NCBI GenBank assembly: GCA_902595845.1
Contig: CACJRN010000008.1
Location: 2,153-66,152, forward strand
DNA from: an uncultured Gammaproteobacteria bacterium
GTDB lineage: Bacteria; Pseudomonadota; Gammaproteobacteria; Steroidobacterales; UBA11654
Direction: 5' to 3'
Length of the DNA: 64,000 nt
Numbering within the stretch: the stretch's first letter is position 1; every line of letters begins with the position of its first letter. A program made the position numbers and the translations under genes. Shown here in pieces: positions 36,565-45,044 of this stretch. The notes beneath the pieces are model-generated. The model had not been told where the DNA came from and did not search any database. It saw only the letters and a list, made by a program, of their open reading frames with translations.

Positions 36565-37356
36565 CTACCAATCTATCGTTTTACCATTGTAGTTCAGATA
36601 TGCTGCAGTATTATCAAGATCAATATCTTCAATATTCTCTATCATATCTGTTACTGCTTCCTCTGTTGATCTCAAAGGAAAAGGAATCCCTCTCATAAAA
36701 TCTGTATCAGTTGGGCCTGGATTGACCAAACCTACAGCAATCCCTCTATTCTTTAATTGAAAAGCTAGGTTGACCATAACCATATTTAGGGCCGATTTAC
36801 TTGATCGATAAAAATACATCCGACCTGATTCGTCATCATATGCCCCACCAATTGAGCCTTCACTACTAGAAACACTGACGATCTTCTTTAAATTACTGCT
36901 TTTTATATGCGGATAGAATGCTTCTGCCATTTTGAGCGGTGCAACAGTATTGACAGCTAGAACTTGCTCAAATGAATCATAGTCAAGACGACCAAATATT
37001 TGATCAGGGATATATCCCGATATTCCAGCATTGTTTAAAAGCAGGTCAATGGGTTGTCCTTCCAATTCTTTTGCCAAAGCATCGATCCTTTCGTGATCAG
37101 TGACATCGAGTTGCTCTATGGATAGATAATCCGGATATTGAATCTCTAATTGTTTAAGATCCTCTGCCTTTTCAGGTTTACGTGCCGTTGCGATGACAGT
37201 CCAGCCCCGCTCTAGATACTGCTTCGTAAACTCCAACCCAATCCCTCGATTGGCTCCTGTAATAAATACTGTTCCAATTTCATCATCTGCTAATGTCATC
37301 ATTGATGATGCACTCAGCAAAAGAGCCAAAAATATATTCCTAAATGATTTGTTCAT
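36565..37356 (-). CDS. SDR-family oxidoreductase with an N-terminal signal/anchor sequence
   Basis: Start trimmed from 37386 to ATG 37356 (MNKSFRNIFLALLLSASSMMTLA/DDE). Motifs TGANRGIG, NNAG, and S...YRSSK. Confidence 0.8.
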   Translation of the reverse strand: MNKSFRNIFLALLLSASSMMTLADDEIGTVFITGANRGIGLEFTKQYLERGWTVIATARKPEKAEDLKQLEIQYPDYLSIEQLDVTDHERIDALAKELEGQPIDLLLNNAGISGYIPDQIFGRLDYDSFEQVLAVNTVAPLKMAEAFYPHIKSSNLKKIVSVSSSEGSIGGAYDDESGRMYFYRSSKSALNMVMVNLAFQLKNRGIAVGLVNPGPTDTDFMRGIPFPLRSTEEAVTDMIENIEDIDLDNTAAYLNYNGKTIDW

Positions 37357-37363
37357 AATGCAA

Positions 37364-38479
37364 TCAACTGGTTGGAATTTCGTCAATTACCCAACCTGTT
37401 TGTTTCTTTCTTAATGGAGATGGTATTGCATATGCTGTTTTTCCAGAAGCTTCGCTTACTGCATCTGAGTCTATCTTCCAGCCTTTCTTCTCCCATCCAC
37501 TCAATAACTTTCTATACCTGATACATGGTTCATCGGCAGGAACCAAAAACTCTTTTGTATTGGTCACAGGAGTAAATGTTGGCTCAACCTTCTCTAGAAC
37601 ATCGATATCTTGCTGAGCAACAACCATACAGCGATCAGCAATCGGCTTGTCCATAGCAGGATCAAGCATCATCTTTCTCATATTGACCAAAAAGATCTTC
37701 ACATGATTTTCTTCAACAGGGCATTCAAACATGTATTGCCTGAATTCAGATTTCTCATTGAATACGATGTAAGTCCACATCTGATTCGGTCCAACTATTC
37801 CAGAACCAGCCCATCGTTCCTCACTTGCTTCTTTAAGCTGCGGGCCTTCCTTTTTTGATGCAGGTGATTTGAAGGGATGCCAAAAACCAAATCCCCATTT
37901 CTTTGCAATACCAAACCTGCTGTCTTCAAATTTAAGTTCATTGACCTTATAGTCTTCATCTTCACCTTCATGACCATGTGTTGGGTGAACAAACTCATTG
38001 TGTGCTGCATCTAAACCATTTTCAATCGAGCGCTCATAGTTTATTTTTGCCTCATAAGTTAAGTAATTTGGTCGCCAGCCTTCCTCGTCTTCCAATTCTT
38101 CAATTGGCATGATTGGTGGCCTTTGTTTCTCAGGAAGATCGCCTAGGAATGCAAAAACAATTCCATATTTCTCTTCTGTTGGATAGGCATCGATTTTTGC
38201 ACGTTTAGGTATCTTTGCATCTTTTCCCAGTGAGGGTATTTTCTGACATATTCCTTTCCCATCAAACTGCCATCCATGATATGGACACTGGATACAGTCT
38301 TTTTTTACAAGGCCTTCTGACAAGGAAGCACCTCTATGAATACAAATATCATGCAGTGTATTTGGCTTTCCTTCTGAATCTCTAAAAACTACAAAATTTT
38401 GACCCAGCATTCTGACTTTTACTGGCTCTTCTTTTAATTCTTCCCCCAAAATTACTGGGTACCAAAAATTTATATACAC
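37364..38479 (-). CDS. Rieske [2Fe-2S] non-haem-iron oxygenase, alpha-only type
   Basis: 371 aa. Rieske motif C-I-H-x16-C-P-Y-H (CIHRGASLSEGLVKKDCIQCPYHGW). Mononuclear-iron motif DAAHNEFVHPTH. No beta subunit or reductase gene is adjacent. Confidence 0.85.
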   Translation of the reverse strand: MYINFWYPVILGEELKEEPVKVRMLGQNFVVFRDSEGKPNTLHDICIHRGASLSEGLVKKDCIQCPYHGWQFDGKGICQKIPSLGKDAKIPKRAKIDAYPTEEKYGIVFAFLGDLPEKQRPPIMPIEELEDEEGWRPNYLTYEAKINYERSIENGLDAAHNEFVHPTHGHEGEDEDYKVNELKFEDSRFGIAKKWGFGFWHPFKSPASKKEGPQLKEASEERWAGSGIVGPNQMWTYIVFNEKSEFRQYMFECPVEENHVKIFLVNMRKMMLDPAMDKPIADRCMVVAQQDIDVLEKVEPTFTPVTNTKEFLVPADEPCIRYRKLLSGWEKKGWKIDSDAVSEASGKTAYAIPSPLRKKQTGWVIDEIPTS

Positions 38480-38503
38480 TATGCACTCCCTATAAGAACT
38501 TAA

Positions 38504-38536
38504 ATTCTAACTACAGATTGTAGTCAATATTAGAAT
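38504..38536. promoter_or_regulatory. nested palindrome in a divergent promoter
   Basis: Inner repeat ACTACA-gat-TGTAGT (38510-38524), flanked by outer arms ATTCTAA (38504-38510) and TTAGAAT (38530-38536). Confidence 0.3.
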
Positions 38537-38621
38537 ACGATCATCATAAGGTAAAGGATTCTTAAAATTACAGTCAACCTTGATGTATATTAAATAGAGA
38601 AATTTTTAACAGGAGTACAAA

Positions 38622-39236
38622 ATGGCAATGATGCAAGGAAGCAATAAGCCTAAAAAAGGAGACAAACCAATGGGTGGACCGCCAGTAGAAATGATGAGAC
38701 CAGAGGTTCTAGCTCCACCGACCGGTATTGAAGGACGTGAAGTCGATGTAGCAGAATCAATGCAAGTTCTAGTAAGAACCATGCAAATACAAATCCCATA
38801 TCCTCATGACATGAATGATGCACTGCTCAAAGCACACCTCACAGCTATTCAATTTGCAAAAAATAATGGCATGTTAGAGCAATATGTTCAGCATGATAGA
38901 GAGACCATGCAGCCACTATTGGATCGAACAAAGAATATGATCGACAAAACGGGAAACAAAGAATTGGCTTTGGTCATGATCTTTGAAAGAACGGGTTGTT
39001 TCTTTCAGATGTGTTTGGATGCAAAAATTGAGCCAGGAAAGAGAACATTCACATTCCCATTCAAAAAAGTTTTAGACGCAGCAACTCGTCTGGGTCAATT
39101 TGATATGACTGAAAAAGAGCTGCTTGATAACTGGTGGAGACCTCGTTATGCAGGTTACGGTGAAGCAGTCGGTGTCAAATTCAATATTTCTGACATGGAT
39201 GAGAATGGCAAAGTCACAGTAACACTTGCTGACTGA
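38622..39236 (+). CDS. unknown cytoplasmic protein (204 aa)
   Basis: Good SD (AACAGGAG), no signal peptide, no motif recognised. Ends 5 nt before the flavin monooxygenase gene. Confidence 0.5.
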   Translation: MAMMQGSNKPKKGDKPMGGPPVEMMRPEVLAPPTGIEGREVDVAESMQVLVRTMQIQIPYPHDMNDALLKAHLTAIQFAKNNGMLEQYVQHDRETMQPLLDRTKNMIDKTGNKELALVMIFERTGCFFQMCLDAKIEPGKRTFTFPFKKVLDAATRLGQFDMTEKELLDNWWRPRYAGYGEAVGVKFNISDMDENGKVTVTLAD

Positions 39237-39241
39237 ATTCA

Positions 39242-40486
39242 ATGGCATTGGCTGAAAACAAAAGTCCAAGCTATATCCCTACTCGAGATGAGATCACTCA
39301 ACTCGCAAGAGATCTGATACCTGAGCTAAAAGAGAGAGCACAAGAAACTGAAGATATTCGAAAGATGCCAAAAGAAAATATGCAGGCACTCTTGGATGCA
39401 GGGATCCATAAAATCTTTACTCCAAAAAGATATGGTGGATATGAAATGGACTGGGGCACACAAGTTGATGTTGCTAGAGAGCTTGGGAAAGGGTGCGCAT
39501 CGACTTCATGGATGTCATCTGTAGTGATGTCACATACATGGAACTTTGGTCGTTTTCCTGCTGAAGCACAAGAAGAGTTTTGGCCTACTTGTCCTGATGC
39601 TGTCATAGCAACTGCATTTGCTGGTGGTGGTGAAATGACAGAAACAGATGGCGGATTCATACTAAATGGACTTTGGAAATTCGCCAGTGGAGTTGATCAC
39701 TCAGATGCTTCGATTGTGGCAGGTCAATTTAAGAATGCGCACTCTAAATCTGGAACAGCATTGGATTACAGAATGGCGCTCATCATGCCGGATCAATATG
39801 AAATCATTGATACCTGGGAAGCAGAGGGATTGAAAGGTACAGGAAGCAAAGATATTAAAGTGGTTGATGCTTTCGTACCTGAGTATAGAACGATTAAATC
39901 AATGGAAATGGGCGGAATAAACCCGCCAGGCTCATCACTGCATGAGAGTTATATTTATCGTGTAGAGATGGGTATGTACTTTAATACCCTACTCTCTGGC
40001 CCTACATTGGGTGCAACGCACGGGTTGATCAATGAATACCTAGAACAAACAAGGTCTAGGTTTGGAGCAATGTTGGGAGAAAAGGTCTCTGAACAAGAAT
40101 CGGTGCAGCAAAAAATTGGCGAGTCCTATGAGGAGCTCAGAATTGCAGATATGATCATTGATAACTTATGTGATTTTCTCCACGAAAAGGGCTCTAAGGA
40201 CGAGAGAATAACTGGAAGTGATCGACTGAAAGTAAGAAGAGAAACGTCAATGGCTTCTAAGCTCTGTATGGCTGCTGGAAACAGATTGGCAGGAATGATG
40301 GGTGTCTCATCTCAAACGGGAAGGAATGCAACTCAACGACACTTTAGAGACCTTAGAACCATGTCAATGCATGGTGGTGTACACTGGGAGAACGCAACCA
40401 CTCCAACTGGGAGATTTCTACTCGGTATTGAGACAGGAGATAAGCTCTTAGATCAGGGCAACCCTCACCTTCAAGAAAATGACTAA
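39242..40486 (+). CDS. acyl-CoA-dehydrogenase-fold, group-D flavin-dependent monooxygenase (oxygenase component, HsaA/HpaB-C2-like)
   Basis: 414 aa. The N-terminal region (PKENMQALLDAGIHKIFTPKRYGGYE) and GLWKFASGVDHSD resemble two-component monooxygenases rather than true ACADs. It has no C-terminal catalytic-Glu YEGT motif. Confidence 0.65.
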   Translation: MALAENKSPSYIPTRDEITQLARDLIPELKERAQETEDIRKMPKENMQALLDAGIHKIFTPKRYGGYEMDWGTQVDVARELGKGCASTSWMSSVVMSHTWNFGRFPAEAQEEFWPTCPDAVIATAFAGGGEMTETDGGFILNGLWKFASGVDHSDASIVAGQFKNAHSKSGTALDYRMALIMPDQYEIIDTWEAEGLKGTGSKDIKVVDAFVPEYRTIKSMEMGGINPPGSSLHESYIYRVEMGMYFNTLLSGPTLGATHGLINEYLEQTRSRFGAMLGEKVSEQESVQQKIGESYEELRIADMIIDNLCDFLHEKGSKDERITGSDRLKVRRETSMASKLCMAAGNRLAGMMGVSSQTGRNATQRHFRDLRTMSMHGGVHWENATTPTGRFLLGIETGDKLLDQGNPHLQEND

Positions 40487-40883
40487 AATTCATGGTCACT
40501 GCGAGTGTAAGAAAGTCTCATTTGAGATAGATCAAGAAATCAAATATTTTTCACATTGCCATTGCTCGCAATGCAGGCGTTCACATGGTGCAGCATTTGC
40601 AAGCTATATAAGGGTAGAAAGATCTTGTTTTAAATATAATTCAGGTGAAGACAGCATTAAATGCTATGCCTCATCCAAAAATAATCAGCGAATATTTTGT
40701 GAAAACTGTGGCTCCAATGTCATGTTTATTGATGGCAGAGATCCGGATGGATTCTATATTGCAATGGGTTTAATAAATGGCGAACCAGATTTGCCTTTAG
40801 CTCACCATATCTTTGTTGGTTCAAAGGCTCCTTGGCATGAAATTAATGATGATCTCAGACAACATGATGGAGACCCCTATTGA
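40479..40883 (+). CDS. GFA-family (glutathione-dependent formaldehyde-activating / CENP-V-like) zinc protein
   Basis: 134 aa with Cys clusters GHCECKKV, CHCSQCRR and CENCGS. 8-nt overlap with the upstream gene. Confidence 0.8.
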   Translation: MTKIHGHCECKKVSFEIDQEIKYFSHCHCSQCRRSHGAAFASYIRVERSCFKYNSGEDSIKCYASSKNNQRIFCENCGSNVMFIDGRDPDGFYIAMGLINGEPDLPLAHHIFVGSKAPWHEINDDLRQHDGDPY

Positions 40884-40900
40884 AAACGGCTATACAAAAA

Positions 40901-41980
40901 ATGAATCAATTGATGCTGCTTTTTTGTCTTTCACTATTCGTATTAGATTTAACATATGCCACTGATCAAAAAATCAATGCGGAGAATTTTGCCAAACTTG
41001 CATTGAATTGCGTTCATAAAGAATATCCAAATAAGATTTCTCATACGATGCAAAGTGACGCCGATATCATGCCGCCAAGAGAACTCTATCCATCTTTTTT
41101 TGGCTGTTATGATTGGCACTCTTCTGTTCATGGCCATTGGCTTTTAACTAGACTAGCAAGACTCTATCCAGATAGTGAACTTGCTCCAAAAGCAATATCA
41201 GCACTTGGTGTGAGTCTATCAAAAGAAAACCTTTTAAAAGAAAGCGTCTATGTATCTGGTAAGGGCAGAAAAGCATTCGAAAGACCCTATGGGATCGCAT
41301 GGTTGCTTCAATTGGCTGCTGAACTTGATGAATGGGATCATCCCTCAGCAAAACAATGGAGAACGAATATCAGACCTCTAGAAGAGGTGCTTGTCAGCAG
41401 AGTTGTCGAGTGGCTTCCCAAGCTGACTTATCCAGTGAGAAGCGGACAACATGCACAAACAGCTTTTGCGTTGGGTCTTATGCTTGATTGGTCTAGAACA
41501 ACAAAGAATAGTGATGTTGAATCATTGATTAGAAACAGGATTCTAGAGTTTTATGCCAATGACAAAGAATGTCCTATTCATTATGAGCCCTCTGGTGCTG
41601 ACTTTCTCTCGCCGTGTTTGGCTGAAGCAGATCTGATGAGAAGAGTAATGAGCCCATCTGAATTTGCTGTCTGGTTGAATGATTTTCTTGAAATCCCTAA
41701 TTCAAATTCATCTTGGCTTGAGCCTGCCATAGTCAGTGACCGATCCGATCCAAAACTGGCACACATTGATGGATTGAATCTCAGCAGAGCTTGGATGCTT
41801 GAGGGCATTGCGAGCGGATTACCTCCTAAAGATTTAAGGGTAAAAGCTTTAAATAGTGCTGCAGAAAAACATCAAACCTCGGGCCTTGTTGGTATCAATA
41901 GTGACTATTATGAGGGCGGACACTGGTTGGGCAGTTTTGCAACTTACTTGGTAACAAAAAGAGGAGTCATCAATGAATAA
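40901..41980 (+). CDS. exported DUF2891-like protein
   Basis: Start moved from TTG 40880 to ATG 40901 (MNQLMLLFCLSLFVLDLTYA). The region CVHKEYPNK...FFGCYDWHSSVHGHWLL matches my memory of DUF2891. Confidence 0.55.
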   Translation: MNQLMLLFCLSLFVLDLTYATDQKINAENFAKLALNCVHKEYPNKISHTMQSDADIMPPRELYPSFFGCYDWHSSVHGHWLLTRLARLYPDSELAPKAISALGVSLSKENLLKESVYVSGKGRKAFERPYGIAWLLQLAAELDEWDHPSAKQWRTNIRPLEEVLVSRVVEWLPKLTYPVRSGQHAQTAFALGLMLDWSRTTKNSDVESLIRNRILEFYANDKECPIHYEPSGADFLSPCLAEADLMRRVMSPSEFAVWLNDFLEIPNSNSSWLEPAIVSDRSDPKLAHIDGLNLSRAWMLEGIASGLPPKDLRVKALNSAAEKHQTSGLVGINSDYYEGGHWLGSFATYLVTKRGVINE

Positions 41981-42620
41981 AGTTAATGACTATATAAAAA
42001 TACTGATCACCATAACGATGATTCTTGTAGTTCTGGGACTGATTTTTCCAACCCCAGTAAGGGGCAATCTTTATGACTTATTTTTGACTCTTTATAATGC
42101 TGGCTTCATCGGCTTTCTAGTTGGAATATATGTTCTCCATGTATTCATTGTCATTCCCGTAAAAACAATCAAATCTATCTATGAATCGGGCGGTATCAAT
42201 GATCAGGCATTCCTAAAAATGAATATGAAATCCAGTTCTAAGATAGTGATCTGGTTTTGGAGAATATGGTTTGCTTTGGTCGTGATTGCTTTAATTGCAC
42301 CATATTTTGAAACGAGCGATGACAACTCTAATTCAGCCATAGAGAGAGCTGTAGAGAGTGTAATTAGAGATGAATGTAAAAATGAATACACAGATATTGA
42401 TGATATTGAGCTCTGCACTAATACAAGATTCACAAAGAGAAAATTAGAAGGCAGTATCCCGAAAACCATCACTCAGAAAATGGTCAGGGACTCAATTAGA
42501 TATGAGTGCGAAGAAGAATTATCAAATGAACAGGACATTGAGCTTTGCACGACTGAAAGATTTGATAAATTAATGAGCGAAATTAAAGAAACTTTAGAAA
42601 AAGCTAATTACAAAAGATGA
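41973..42620 (+). CDS. membrane protein with duplicated Cys-pair motif, unknown function
   Basis: 215 aa with 3-4 helices. The C-terminal tandem motif is R-D/Y-E-C-x9-10-D-I-E-L-C-T-x2-R-F. 8-nt overlap upstream. Confidence 0.45.
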   Translation: MNKVNDYIKILITITMILVVLGLIFPTPVRGNLYDLFLTLYNAGFIGFLVGIYVLHVFIVIPVKTIKSIYESGGINDQAFLKMNMKSSSKIVIWFWRIWFALVVIALIAPYFETSDDNSNSAIERAVESVIRDECKNEYTDIDDIELCTNTRFTKRKLEGSIPKTITQKMVRDSIRYECEEELSNEQDIELCTTERFDKLMSEIKETLEKANYKR

Positions 42621-42629
42621 AAAGTAATT

Positions 42630-43229
42630 GTGAATTTCGTTGAAAGCATATTTAACCCAGATTCAATTCAGAATTTTTTACTGCATAACCCAGAATATGC
42701 TTGGCTTACAGTATTTACACTTGCCTTTCTGGAATCGATGGTGATTACTGGGAGCATAGTACCCAGTATCGTTCTCTTTTCAATTTGTGTGTATCTATTC
42801 GATCAACAAATTCTTGCTCTTTATTTGATTGCACCCATAGCAATGATCGGGGCACACCTTGGGGATCTTGGAGGGTTTTTAGTCGGTAAATATTCTGGTG
42901 AGAAGGTTCTTTCCTTAACTTTCTTTCAAAAAAGGACAGCACTGATTGATAAGGCTACCTCTGCAGCTGACAGATTTGGGCCATTAGCAGTGGTTATTGG
43001 AAGATTTACACCGGCAATTCGAGCCATCATGCCTTTTTTCTTAGGATTAACAAGATTGGAATTAAAGCGTTTTTATTTTGCAGATCTTCTCGCTTGCTTT
43101 ACCTGGGGAATTGCTTTGATCTTAATGTTAAAAGGAGTCCAGGCTCTTGGTTTCATTAATACTATTTTAATTGCTGCTGTTGCAGTATTCTCCTTTATAT
43201 TTATTAGCAATAAGGCCACAAAGAAATGA
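42630..43229 (+). CDS. DedA-family membrane protein
   Basis: 199 aa, GTG start. DedA-like pattern (AFLESMVITGSIVPS, GRFTPAIRAIMPFFLG). Confidence 0.7.
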   Translation: MNFVESIFNPDSIQNFLLHNPEYAWLTVFTLAFLESMVITGSIVPSIVLFSICVYLFDQQILALYLIAPIAMIGAHLGDLGGFLVGKYSGEKVLSLTFFQKRTALIDKATSAADRFGPLAVVIGRFTPAIRAIMPFFLGLTRLELKRFYFADLLACFTWGIALILMLKGVQALGFINTILIAAVAVFSFIFISNKATKK

Positions 43230-43279
43230 AAAAACTCATCCTCATATCAGCACTGTTGTTCAGTTTGAATGGTTGGACT
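43226..43279 (+). repeat. signal-peptide cassette, copy 3 of 3
   Basis: atgaaaaaactcatcctcatatcagcactgttgttcagtttgaatggttggact. Matches the copies at 1027 and 1362. Confidence 0.8.
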
Positions 43280-43633
43280 GAGGAAAATGAGAGAAAGAGC
43301 ATCATGTTTGATGATGCGATTGTGAAAATAAAGATACCCAAAACTTTATCTAATGAAGCGATTCGAGGAAAGAAGATTTTTGAGTCTAACTGCATTGAAT
43401 GCCATGGAAAAAATGCTGTTGGAAGAAAAAAGGTAGGTCCGCCACTTGTGCATAAAATATATGAATCCAGTCATCACAATGATATGACATTCTATAGAGC
43501 AGTCGCTATGGGAGTGAGAGGACATCATTGGATGTTTGGGAATATGCCTGCCGTTGAAAATGTCTCCAGAGATGAAGTGAGTGCAATTATTACCTACATA
43601 AGAGAGCTGCAAAGAGAAAATAATATTTTCTAG
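43226..43633 (+). CDS. exported monohaem cytochrome c
   Basis: 135 aa with a signal peptide, haem motif C-I-E-C-H and distal Met (FGNMPA). ATGA overlap with dedA. Confidence 0.75.
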   Translation: MKKLILISALLFSLNGWTEENERKSIMFDDAIVKIKIPKTLSNEAIRGKKIFESNCIECHGKNAVGRKKVGPPLVHKIYESSHHNDMTFYRAVAMGVRGHHWMFGNMPAVENVSRDEVSAIITYIRELQRENNIF

Positions 43634-43650
43634 CTCTCAAGGAATCATCT

Positions 43651-44271
43651 GTGTCACCAGATTTAATTTTATTGTTCATTCCCACTATTGCATCTGTTTC
43701 ATTTACGCCAGGTCTTTGTATGACTTTGGCATTCACATTGGGTCTCTCGATAGGATATCGGCGAACATTATGGATGATGCTTGGAGAATTGAGTGGCGTT
43801 GCAACCGTATTCACTGCAACATTTTGGAGCCTAGGATGGCTGTTATCCCGAGATCCCATTTATTTTCAAATAGTATCTCTATTCGGAGGTGCTTATCTTT
43901 TATATCTCGCCTATCAATTATTTCGTCAAACACCTGAAGCCATGAAGGCTCGCAATCTTGAAAATACCAGTCCAATGGCACTAGCTATTCTCGGTTACAT
44001 AACAGCAGTCAGTAATCCCAAAGGTTGGGCTTTCCTGATAGCATTGCTTCCTGGTTTTGTTGCAAGTGATGGCCCACTTTTTCCTCAGTTCTTAATAATG
44101 ATGGGAATCATGCTGACAACTGAGTTCATTTCTATGACTGTCTATGCAACCGGAGGTCAATGGTTGGCAAGTAGACTAAGCGATGGCAGCGGAGTTATAA
44201 ATGCAAACCGAATAGCAGCAAGCATGCTAACGTTAGCAGCGTTATGGGTTTTAAGTGGTTCTCTGGGTTAA
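43651..44271 (+). CDS. LysE/RhtB-family amino-acid exporter
   Basis: 206 aa, GTG start, six helices, LysE-like N-terminal motif (SFTPGLCMTLAFTLG). Confidence 0.65.
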   Translation: MSPDLILLFIPTIASVSFTPGLCMTLAFTLGLSIGYRRTLWMMLGELSGVATVFTATFWSLGWLLSRDPIYFQIVSLFGGAYLLYLAYQLFRQTPEAMKARNLENTSPMALAILGYITAVSNPKGWAFLIALLPGFVASDGPLFPQFLIMMGIMLTTEFISMTVYATGGQWLASRLSDGSGVINANRIAASMLTLAALWVLSGSLG

Positions 44272-44339
44272 CTAAATCTAGTGTTTAATAAATACTGCGA
44301 ATATGCTCAATCATTCGATCATTTGATATCATCAGCTCT

Positions 44340-45044
44340 ATGACTTTAAAGGTAATAGGTGCAGGCTTTGGGAGAACAGGAACGCTCTCACTTAAAGAGG
44401 CATTAGAAAAACTTGGTTATGGTCCTTGTCATCACATGAAAGAGGTGTTTCTTAATTCCGATCAAACTGAATATTTCTATCTTGCATCAATGGGTGAAAA
44501 GGTGGATTGGGATGAAGTTTTCAAAGACTATAACTCAGCTGTCGATTGGCCTGCTGCCGCATACTACAAAGAGCTTTCAGATAAATATCCAGATGCAAAA
44601 GTCATTCTTGGCATGAGAGATGCCAATTCGTGGTACGACAGTGCAAGCACGACAATTTATCAAATGTCTCAAAACTTCCCGAAGTGGATCAGATTCATTT
44701 TTCCCAGAATAGGCAAACTCTTCACGATGATCGATAAAACTGTATTTGGAGAACCATTTTCATATCGATTTGAGAACAGAGAATCCGCAGTACAAGTTTT
44801 CAATGACCATGTTGAAGAAGTGAAGAGGGTTATTCCTAAAGAGAAGCTTCTGATGCATTCTGCAAAAGATGGATGGGAACCGCTTTGTGCATTTTTAGAT
44901 GTACCAGTTCCAGAAGAACCCTATCCGTGGGTAAATGACTCAAAGGTATTTGCAAGAAGGCTCATGTTTATTAAGTTTCTTAGCTGGCTTCCACTGATTA
45001 TTTTACTTTCAGTATTGGGCTTTATTCTCTCATCCAGAATCTAA
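44340..45044 (+). CDS. sulfotransferase-family protein with a C-terminal membrane anchor
   Basis: 234 aa. P-loop-like PAPS motif IGAGFGRTGTLSLKEAL. C-terminal hydrophobic helix FLSWLPLIILLSVLGFIL. Confidence 0.6.
   Translation: MTLKVIGAGFGRTGTLSLKEALEKLGYGPCHHMKEVFLNSDQTEYFYLASMGEKVDWDEVFKDYNSAVDWPAAAYYKELSDKYPDAKVILGMRDANSWYDSASTTIYQMSQNFPKWIRFIFPRIGKLFTMIDKTVFGEPFSYRFENRESAVQVFNDHVEEVKRVIPKEKLLMHSAKDGWEPLCAFLDVPVPEEPYPWVNDSKVFARRLMFIKFLSWLPLIILLSVLGFILSSRI

Noticed and set aside
37364-40486. Declaring a steroid-degradation (KshA/HsaA) cluster.
   Set aside because: Only the two enzyme folds match. KstD, HsaC/HsaD, the reductases and the beta-oxidation side-chain genes are absent. It is kept only as one hypothesis within the island finding.
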